A DNA stretch of 59,531 nucleotides, taken from assembly GCF_001194135.2 (NCBI RefSeq), contig NC_068985.1:17417707-17477237 (forward strand), in the 5' to 3' direction. Under the pieces are notes generated by a model. That model was not told the DNA's origin, ran no database searches, and saw nothing but the letters and a program-made list of their open reading frames with translations. Made by a program: the position numbers and the translations under genes. Shown here one piece after another: positions 25,851 to 35,140 of this stretch (position 1 is the first letter of the stretch; each line of letters starts with the position of its first letter). Origin of the DNA: Octopus bimaculoides (lineage: Eukaryota).

Positions 25851-27180
25851 ATATGTAAATTAAGGTAAATAGCACAAAGTGATTTTTATTTTATTTCTTT
25901 GTCTTAGGAAATACACTGGTTGAAACATTAAAACTGATTATACAGTACCTTAACCTCATAATTATTGTCTTACACTGAGTATACATACTTCCCTAGAGCC
26001 AAAGTCAAAAGGTGTTGACACCTTTTCACAAATGAATCTGACAGTGAAGTGAAGCAATTAACTCTTTATCATAAGATTATAATTTTTCAGATTATCCTCC
26101 TCATTTGTGGTGTTGAAAGCTTGATCTCCACTGTCGACAAGTGCCTTATATGTACACAGTAGCAAGTTGGATTCAAATAAGAAATCTTTATTTTTAAACA
26201 ATTTAAATCTAAGGTTCTTTTCTGTTAAAAAAAAAATCCAAATTCAGTAATAAGATATCCAGATGATGATCAGAGATGAAACAAATCTTCATACATAAGG
26301 AGGAACGTTGTCTGAAAATTATAATCTTATTAACTCATCTCAGCCATTTAATATTTTTATCCTATTTGCATGAGATAAATAGTGATTAATATAACAAATA
26401 GACTTCACAACATAAAACTAATGTGTTATGCATGATACAGAAGAATGGGGGCGTAAGTTTTAGTAAAAGCAACAATTTAGACAGAGTAATTTACATGACA
26501 TTAAATATTACATGTATTAATTTAATGCAAAAAAAACAAAACAGAGCCCACTGTTCATCAGTAGGCCTAATGTTATTTTCTGTTTTAAGTTGATGATTAT
26601 AATGTCTATATAATTTACATTGCAGTTAATTTCTAATCATTCACATGCTAGAATAAATGTATTCATGACAAACTATTTGAGATGGCAAGAAAATGTATTT
26701 TATTTGATTTCATATCATATTCAGCAAATGGTCTAGTGCCAAAATTTGAAACAATATTATATTCAACAATGCAAAAAAGATGTATAAAAAATAAAATTTT
26801 CTGTAATGACTGAGTAAACACTTGAAAATAACTTGTTTAAAAACACTGAAATCCAGATTCCAAATATGGTTATTGCAATTTAAAATGAATCAACATTGTC
26901 CACAGTCTCAGAAATTTCAAACAAAAACCGTAATTGTTCTCCCATATTGGAAAGTAGAAAAACAAAAGGTGATGAAACTAATCGCCCTGAAGTAAATTAA
27001 TTATTTCAAATAATTTTTTTGATTTTCACAGAACTCTAATAGGCACAGCAGACAAACTTTCAAATACACTCCACTCAGCAGTATGGAAGGAACTGCACCA
27101 AACTCTGCAAGCTGAACCTTAACATCTACAGGGTGTCACAAAATAGTGTAGACAGTTTCTGACACAAGTTGTAAATATTT

Positions 27181-27921
27181 TCAATAATAACAGCACAATT
27201 GCCAAATGTTGTGTATATAATAACGGAAAAGTTCTCCGGTTCTAGAATAAAACAGCAATAATTGGCTCCCGTAGCCTATCAATGTTATGACAGTGGCTGT
27301 AAAGTAACCATAATTACAAATCACTCTAAGTACTTGAATTTTTGATAAATGAATGAATAGTTGGATCAAAGCACAACACCAGCCTCTGTAATTTTCACCC
27401 CATAAACTAACCAATGGAATAAATACATTACAAAGAAAGTAGGAGAAAAACAGTCCTGTTAAAAGTGGTTTCATTCCAGGATGAGGGATTTTCACTAAAT
27501 CACTATACATCTTAGAAAGAAAGACAATAACCAAAACCCCAGTAATTTGTTCTAAAGCAACTTCTACAAACATATACAAAAATTCTGTTACCAAAATTGT
27601 ATAAAATTCTGCATCAGGATTGTTCCATTTTGAAATCACTTTTGATGAATTGATCACTCTTGCAAGTGTTTCAATAAGCAAAAATGTCAATGTTATTTTC
27701 CATACTGTTTTCCGACTACGATTGTGCAAGATATGGCGAAAAGCTTGTGTTTTAAGAAGAAGAGCATCCAAAAATATTAAAACAGAATCATGTTCAATGT
27801 ATTTATCAACTACTTCATTGCAGTTACTACAAACACATGTCAGTAGGCCTGAAGACAGTTTATGGAATAAATCTTTGACTCTTGTACCACAATTTATGCA
27901 TCGATAGTTATTATTCGACAT
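27181..27921 (-). CDS. ARV1: ARV1 (ER sterol homeostasis / GPI-GlcNAc transferase-associated membrane protein), 246 aa, single coding exon
   Basis: Arv1 homology domain YRCINCG...CVCSNCNEVVDKYIEHDSVLIFLDALLLKTQAFRHILHN (two CxxC), then hydrophobic segments. The first ATG is at 27921; the ORF track starts at an upstream TTG. Confidence 0.95.
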   Translation of the reverse strand: MSNNNYRCINCGTRVKDLFHKLSSGLLTCVCSNCNEVVDKYIEHDSVLIFLDALLLKTQAFRHILHNRSRKTVWKITLTFLLIETLARVINSSKVISKWNNPDAEFYTILVTEFLYMFVEVALEQITGVLVIVFLSKMYSDLVKIPHPGMKPLLTGLFFSYFLCNVFIPLVSLWGENYRGWCCALIQLFIHLSKIQVLRVICNYGYFTATVITLIGYGSQLLLFYSRTGELFRYYIHNIWQLCCYY

Positions 27922-27968
27922 TTTCAATATTTTACGATAAAGCAAAATATTTTAAGAACCCTTGACTC

Positions 27969-28499
27969 CTAGAGGTGTAATAGTTGTAATAGATGTAATC
28001 AATAATTAGACGATCAAAAATTACTCTTGCACCAAGATTTTTTTCTTTCTGGTTTCATATAAATACTAAATAACTGATTTCAAAAAGCAACATTGCTAAA
28101 TATTTAATGTTTATGTTAGTTCAACTGTCAGTCTATTCAAAGGACATTTCAACCGGGTAAATTTGGTAGTATTTCTGCCTGAACCCGGCAGGATGGAAAG
28201 AATTGGACGCCTTCCAAAGAAATGAACGAAACGGTTAGAATGGTGATATTGGCATCTGAGCAAAAACCGCGGGATTGTGCGAGTAAACTCATCTTCATTT
28301 GGAAAAAATATATATTTGAGCCACTCAGATACAACACAATACAACTCAAGTTTATCTCGCTCTCGTTATTTTCTGTCTCAATATGCCATAAGACATAATT
28401 AAAGCCCAAGTTGTCAATGATACCACATCAGACGCAGAACACCAGAACCATGGACAGTTATTCAACTTATATACTGCAATTAGGAATTGCTTCCCTTAC
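27969..28499 (-). other. Putative 5' UTR intron of ARV1
   Basis: Minus-strand donor aat|GTAAGG at 28499 and acceptor ttacacctctAG|g at 27969; predicted from motifs only. Confidence 0.4.
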
Positions 28500-28754
28500 A
28501 TTATCACTCTTTCGTACAACATTTGAGACAACTACGGGGACATTCTTATCCACTAGAAATAGCAGTCAAATCTTTCTCTCTAAAATTACACACTACAGTC
28601 TTTAATAAAGGGGAGGAGAGATTTCGGGGTTTCTTAGTTGTCTAAGAATATGGTTTTGATTCGAGTATAAATATATTTTGAATGGCATAAATATATGTTG
28701 TTTGAGGTGCATCTCGGAAAGTGAAACAGTTACAATATTAATGCTTTCGTTTAA

Positions 28755-28950
28755 GACAAGCTAGCAGAATCGTTAGCACGCCGGGCAAAGTCCTTAACGG
28801 CATTTCGTCCGTCCTAACGTTCTGAGTTCAAATTCTGCCTTTCATCCTTTCTGGGTCGATAAAATAAGTACCTGTTGAGCACTGAGACGACGTAATCAAC
28901 TTACACTCTACCTCGAGCCTGCTAGTTTTGTGCCAAAATTTGAAACTAAT
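28755..28950 (+). mobile_element. Family B SINE
   Basis: gcagaatcgttagcacgccgggc...ttctgagttcaaattc..ctttcatcctttctgggtcgataaaataagtacc. Confidence 0.85.
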
Positions 28951-29489
28951 ATTAATGCTTTCATTATTGAATTCACATTGCTATAAAATAGATTCTGTAA
29001 AAAACGGGATTGTAACCGTAGGGATAAGCTTGCTAAATCAGGGTTGACACTTTCACATAATTCTGTAAATTTTTGACATTTTTTTTCTAATCAGCATATA
29101 AATCTTGTCTTGGGAGGGTCATTACGCCAATAATAATAATAATAATAATCACGCACTGGTACAGCTGCTGCAACTCTGCAAACACGTGAAAGATGTAGTT
29201 GCTTCGAGAAATTAAAATCTAGGGGGGCTACTTTGACGGGGAGAGATTAGTCAATTTCAATCGACGCCAGTTCTTTGCCGATACTTTATTTCATCAACTC
29301 CCGAAGGATGAAAGACAAACAGCTGTAACGTACATTTAAAATTATATTGAACTACACGAAATTCTGCAAGTCATTTGTATATATTTATAGTTCAAACTGA
29401 AAGATCAAGAGAAATCGAAGAATTTTGCTTAAAGATATTATTTCATCTTTAAGTAACAAGTATTTGACCCCTGTATTTGTCTAATTAGA

Positions 29490-29910
29490 AATATTCCGGT
29501 CTTATCCGCGATAGCTTCAACAGAACTGATCGGCTGGTGGGCATTCCATCAAGACACGCTGACTCCTCTCACTTTCTCTCTCTCTTCTATCGCTACTATA
29601 ATGGCCTCTGCCCCTCAGAGCTCAATGGTCTTGTACCTCCATCTTTGAGGTACTCTTGACACACTCATTTCTCCAAATTTCGTTTCCCTTGGTGCATCCA
29701 GTCCTCTCCTTTTTTCCCTGCATCAAGCGCTATTCCAAATGCTTCATCTCCAGAACATCGGTCCTCCGGAACCTCCACCCGCTCGTCTCTCCTGCTTGGG
29801 TTGATCTGTCACAGTTTAAATGAAACATTAACGGCATTGATTATTTCTGTCTCGCAGAATCTGCAAGGATTAAGGGCTCTGGTTCTTCCTCCAGCGACAA
29901 AAAAAAAAAT
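29490..29910 (+). mobile_element. CR1/L2-group LINE 3' end with poly(A)
   Basis: LSLFYRYYNGLCPSEL..LVPP...RT..L.NL.P...FK*NIN remnants; A-tract at about 29899-29909. Confidence 0.7.
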
Positions 29911-30933
29911 GGAAAGATTGTTTCGTTTTTTTATATATATATATATATATATATAAAAAGTCAAAAGGTAGTCAATGTGACTATGATGAACGTTCTCAAA
30001 TTAAAGGCGTGTATAAATCTATAAAGGTATTCCTATAGAATAGGATCGAAAATATCTAGTTGATCAAAAACCGTAATTTCTTCAGATGTGCTCTGAGCAT
30101 CTGGGATTAAAATAAAATTTAAAAATTAGGAACATATTTTTGTTCCCCACCACCTTCCTAATTTTTCAAATTTTACTGTCTTTCGAAAATATTTTTCTGT
30201 TTTATACATTAGATATCTGATATTATGATTCTTAAAAAACATCATAATCAAATTAAAATATGTACGACTTTTTAAAACATAAATTTGAAAATTTTTTTTT
30301 TTTTCAATATCGGAAAAGGGCAAGCAAAGAATTCCCCTTCCCACCTTCGTCCTTTTCTTTTTTCTTATTTTTTGTAGAATCATAAACTGCGACGCTTTTA
30401 AAAAAAAAAAAACATCCTTGCAATTATGATCTGGGTGGACTAGAGAATTATTTCCAAAGATATTCTATATGCACACCACCTCTATATATTATACTGTGTC
30501 AAAATATTTTCCTTGTTTTAATGTGTTATTCAAATATCAACTCAGTTTTACTGAACAGCATTGTATTTTAAAATGTTGCCATTATTAATGTTTAAATATC
30601 AGGAAAACGATTAATAGAATTGGTAGAGCATGGTACCAAAAAAATGTCTGCAGTTAATAGTTAAGGGCTCTTAACAGAGTTCAACCACACCGAAGTCAAT
30701 GGTACTTGCTTTATCAGAGACGATAAAATAAAGTTCCAGACAAGTACTGGGTGGTAAAGTATTCCAGATGTAAATGGAATTATAAGTGAAGATGGTATTG
30801 AAGTTATCAATAGTTGACAGATGTAGAATACGAGTGTACAAGATGTAACAGGGGAAGGAAAAACACGGGAAGAGAGAGAGAGAATTAATGCTATCTTCTC
30901 TGCCTAAGCTGATTTGATGTAGTGTGACCTGAT

Positions 30934-30941
30934 CACTTCCG
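30934..30941. promoter_or_regulatory. ETS-like motif in candidate Nova promoter
   Basis: cacttccg (reverse strand CGGAAGTG), about 400 bp upstream of the ATG in a CpG-retaining region; a single short motif. Confidence 0.3.
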
Positions 30942-31338
30942 TTTGCTGAATTAACAATTCAGTATATATTAATATTTGTTAGTTAAATACACACAGATAT
31001 TATAAAAATAATTAATTGTACTATTAATGTTTTTAAGAACATGTCTAATGGATTTTAAAATTTCGCTACATTTTATTTTTACTTCTTTTAAGCAGAAAGT
31101 CACTGCAGGAATGCAGGAAGCTACAGCGCCACCTTTCGTAAAATCTAAGGATGAATAACTCTTACGCTCAAGAAATTTGAGGTTTGTCTTGCTCTACAAG
31201 AAAGCTGTTTGCATGCAACACAAGAGAAAAAGAGGAAAATTTAACTAAGCGTCGCCGAACTAATCTTGAGGGCGACAGCAGAAAAAAGAAACACTGACGT
31301 CCTTCCTTACAGAAAGTTTTCTCCTTACATAAAGCAAG

Positions 31339-33009
31339 ATGAACGCTAGTCAGAGCGGAGGCGGTGGCAGCATGGGGTCCGATGAAATATATACCTGTGA
31401 CTATAAGTCTGGAGACAGTAGTTCTGGCGGGGCTATTAGTCTCAAGATATTGGTGCCAAACGCAATAGCAGGAGCTATCATTGGCAAAGGTGGCGAAACA
31501 ATAGCTCGAGTTCAAAATGAAGCTGGTGCTAAACTGAAAATGTCCAAGTCCAACAATTTCTATCCAGGCACGACTGAAAGGGTGTGCTTGATTACTGGGC
31601 CATTCGAAGCCGTCCGCAAAGTACATAACTTTATAATGGAAAAGATTCGTGAAAAACCAGATTTGAATACTAGATGTGACGACTATCGTGGACCTTACGA
31701 ACGAAATCAACAAATCAAAATCCTCGTCCCTAACAGCACTGCCGGTATGATAATCGGTAAAGGAGGCAATTTTATTAAACAGATTAAGGCAGAAAGCGGA
31801 GTATCAGTGCAAATATCACAGAGCCAGAAAGGTACATATATACCAGAACGATGTGTTACAATTGCAGGCGATGTGGATGGTAATAGAACGGCAGTCGATA
31901 TGATCTTACGAGTTATAGCTGAAGATCCTCAGAGTGGCTGCTGCCCTAATATAAGTTATGCTGAATTCTTGGGTCCCATGTCAGGAAACAATTCAAATGC
32001 TTTACCCTTCACTCACATGAACTATAGAAACCAAGATCAGATGGGTTTAGCAGCGAATAACAACTTGGGAACTTTCAATTTCGGATTTAACAATTTCGGA
32101 AATAATTCTAACTCTAATGTATCTAACATGAGTGTAAACAATGCTAACCTTGGTGGTGGAGGTTCAGGAGGAGGTGGTGCTGCCGGAGGAGCAATCAACA
32201 GCTCAGCACTAGAAAACTTAAAAGTAACACTTCGTAACTATGGATTCACTGACATGGCAATTGAAGAGATAGGAGCAGCGATGAGTACACTGGCTAATTA
32301 TGGTATTCTCACCAATATTGGTTTAAACCTAGGAGCCCTTAACAACTTAGGCACTGGAAGTGGTGGACTCAACCTGCAAGGCCCACAAGGTTCAAATATG
32401 ATGTCTGGTTGCAACACGCCCACTACCAGTGTTAGCAACCCGTTTGTCAATAGCAGTAACAATAACTGTATTTTTGGTCCCGTTGGCAGCTGCCCGTCAG
32501 CGATGGAGAATTTTGCATCAACATGCGCTAGTACCAGTCCCTTCAATAATTCCTCAGCAAATATGAACAGCGAGAGGTTTGGTGGTAGCCCAATGTTAAG
32601 TGATTCATTTGGCACTGCTGTCAACTACTCAATGAATAATCCAGTTTTTGCAGCAGGTCCAAGTACTTCTGGTGACCAAATGAAGAATCAAATGTCTTTT
32701 GGACATAATTCATCTGTGTACAGCCCTACAGAAGACAAGTCCGGACCGACAACGAAGAATGAAATAGAGGTTCCAGAAACAATTGTTGGAGCCATCCTCG
32801 GACCAGGTGGCAAGGGAATTGTCGAACTTCAACAGATGACCGGAACAAACATTCAGATATCAAAGAAGGGTGTGTACGTCCCTGGTACTCGAAATAGAGT
32901 GGTTACTATTACCGGTACGCCCAATAGCATCACAAAGGCTCAGATACTTATTCAACAACGTTTACAACAGGAAGAAATGAAACGGGCGCGACAACCACTG
33001 GCTCGTTAA
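31339..33009 (+). CDS. Nova: Nova/pasilla-family three-KH RNA-binding protein, 556 aa, single coding exon
   Basis: KH1 LKILVP..AGAIIGKGG...FYPGTTERVCLI; KH2 IKILVPNSTAGMIIGKGG...EDPQSG.C.NISYA; KH3 EVPETIVGAILGPGG...QISKKG..VPGTRNRVVTITG..EE.KRARQ. In-frame TAA at 31330 precedes the ATG. Confidence 0.96.
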   Translation: MNASQSGGGGSMGSDEIYTCDYKSGDSSSGGAISLKILVPNAIAGAIIGKGGETIARVQNEAGAKLKMSKSNNFYPGTTERVCLITGPFEAVRKVHNFIMEKIREKPDLNTRCDDYRGPYERNQQIKILVPNSTAGMIIGKGGNFIKQIKAESGVSVQISQSQKGTYIPERCVTIAGDVDGNRTAVDMILRVIAEDPQSGCCPNISYAEFLGPMSGNNSNALPFTHMNYRNQDQMGLAANNNLGTFNFGFNNFGNNSNSNVSNMSVNNANLGGGGSGGGGAAGGAINSSALENLKVTLRNYGFTDMAIEEIGAAMSTLANYGILTNIGLNLGALNNLGTGSGGLNLQGPQGSNMMSGCNTPTTSVSNPFVNSSNNNCIFGPVGSCPSAMENFASTCASTSPFNNSSANMNSERFGGSPMLSDSFGTAVNYSMNNPVFAAGPSTSGDQMKNQMSFGHNSSVYSPTEDKSGPTTKNEIEVPETIVGAILGPGGKGIVELQQMTGTNIQISKKGVYVPGTRNRVVTITGTPNSITKAQILIQQRLQQEEMKRARQPLAR

Positions 33010-34264
33010 TGTAATTATATATATGTATATATATATACACATATATGTGTATATATATATATTGTATGCGTGTGAAATCAAATCTCACGAGCTTCATTCT
33101 TCAAGTTTTCATTGATTATTGTGGGTTTACAAACAGGATAAAATGTACTAGATTAGAATGTTTTTAGATATTCACCACACGTGTTATAGAGGAGGTTAGC
33201 TGGTCGCTGTCATTTTCAAAAAATATCCTTTGAACATCTTTTAACTCTTCAATTTATATGTGGATAATTGTCTATATAACGGTGTAGTACTATTTCTCAC
33301 TAACATTTTTTTAGAAGTTTATTCAGTTGAAGAATTTTGGTGGCAATTTATAATGTGCCGGATCACCAGAAATATTTACACACATTACTCACACACATAT
33401 TCACACAGAATGTGTTTTATTTTCTTCATTTTTTTTTCTTTTTGCAAATAGTTTTATTTCACTTCCACTAGATAAATTGTTATTATTTATTTGTGAGTTA
33501 ACGAGAATCAGTTGGATTCTTTCCGCCAAATTTGTTTTAAATGTAATCATCTTTCTCTAGTGACTTCTCACTTAAATGGCTTGTTCATAAACTTGTTACT
33601 GTATTCATTTTGCTACAATTATTATTATTATTATTTTATTTTTTTGTTAGTGGCAGCTTTTTGCTTAATCATTTTTCATCACCTGCCGAAGAACGAACAG
33701 GACTAGGTTAGAACGAATGTTTCCCATCAAAATTTCAATTTTTTCAACTATTTTGTAAGTTCCTCTTAATTTATTAATTAGCAAAATGAAATTTGTTAAA
33801 TATTTAACTTGTGTGCGTATTGTATGTAAATAATAGTTTTTAATGCTTGTAACCATGGTATTTTCAAGTGTGGTCCCCAACTCTTATACTTTCACTTTTG
33901 ACAAACATATGTATACAGACAAATAATATTAGTTTGCAAATAAGGACTTGTGTGGTTGTACATGTGTATACACACGTGTACGTATATTTATATATATATA
34001 TGTGTGTGTATGTGTATATAAGTACGTGTGTATTCATAAGTAGTTGAATATTCAAATATATATATATATATGTTTGTACAGCGTGTATATTTGAGTGTGT
34101 GTGTATGTATATAAACGCATGTGTATACATATTTATGGGTTTATTCATATAGCTATGTATATATACTTACATTTGTGTTTATAGTCCAACCCAATCCAGC
34201 ATGGAAAAATGTACGTTAAAAGAGGATTATATATGTACACACACATTCACAAAATTATATATAT

Positions 34265-34297
<33 letters not shown>

Positions 34298-34939
34298 CTG
34301 CACACGAAGGTGAGTCATTATTTACAATGCACTTAATTTTTTCCCTACTGGCAGGAAGGTTGGTTGTGTGTTTCTCACTAGACGTGGTCTCCCTCAAATC
34401 ACTATGGGTTAGGTTTGAACTGGAAATACCAGTTAAGTAGTTATGTTCACCATGGCCACTTTGCTTTCTGTTTGCTCAAAGAAGAGCAACTTTCAGTGAT
34501 CCATTTTCTGTAGGCTAAGGGTATATCAGGGAGTGAAATCTAGTGAAAACTTTTGGCACAGTATGAGAACAGTGTGTTGTTGCAACAGACTACATAAGAA
34601 TCAGTTGAATTCAAAAACGGTTGCACAAGTGTCATGCATCAATGAGAATCTGGATGCCTGACCAACTCTCTTGTGATGACAACATTGAACTAGCTCATGA
34701 CCTAGAGCTACCAGTGAAACTGTTTGCAACTGATTTGACCTTAGTAAAGTGTATGCAAGTTGGATCATAGAAATTAAGGAACAGTTATAAGTGCATTGTG
34801 AAAATTTATTGACTCAGTCTTGTGTGTGTGTGTATATATATATATACACGCACACACACACACATGCATATGCAAATGTGTGTATGTGAAACAGGTTTTG
34901 CACAAAAACATATTTCAATATAAGTTAACATTTAGTGTT

Positions 34940-35140
34940 ACAAGGCAGCAAGCTAGCGGAATTGTTAGCACACTGGACAAAATGCTTATTAGCATTTCTT
35001 CTATTAATTCAAATGCTGCCGATGTCAACTTTGCCTTTCATCCTTCTGGGCTTGATAAAATAAGTACCTGATTAGCAATGGGGTCAATGTAATCGACTTC
35101 TCCCTTCCCTCAAAATTACCGGCCTTATGCCAAAATTAGA
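34940..35140 (+). mobile_element. Family B SINE
   Basis: gtcaactttgcctttcatccttctgggcttgataaaataagtacc...gccttatgccaaaatt. Confidence 0.8.

Noticed and set aside
28140-28330. Possible snoRNA/snRNA in the GC-richer stretch upstream of ARV1
   Set aside because: No matched C/D or H/ACA box set and no recognisable snRNA sequence; more simply leader-intron or promoter DNA.
31168-32624. Antisense ORFs 31168-31713 and 32298-32624
   Set aside because: Shadow ORFs of the GC-richer Nova CDS; no domain features.
32795-32815. KH3 loop GPGG instead of GKGG as loss of RNA binding
   Set aside because: GxxG is intact, and a proline at this position also occurs in protostome Nova/pasilla as recalled.
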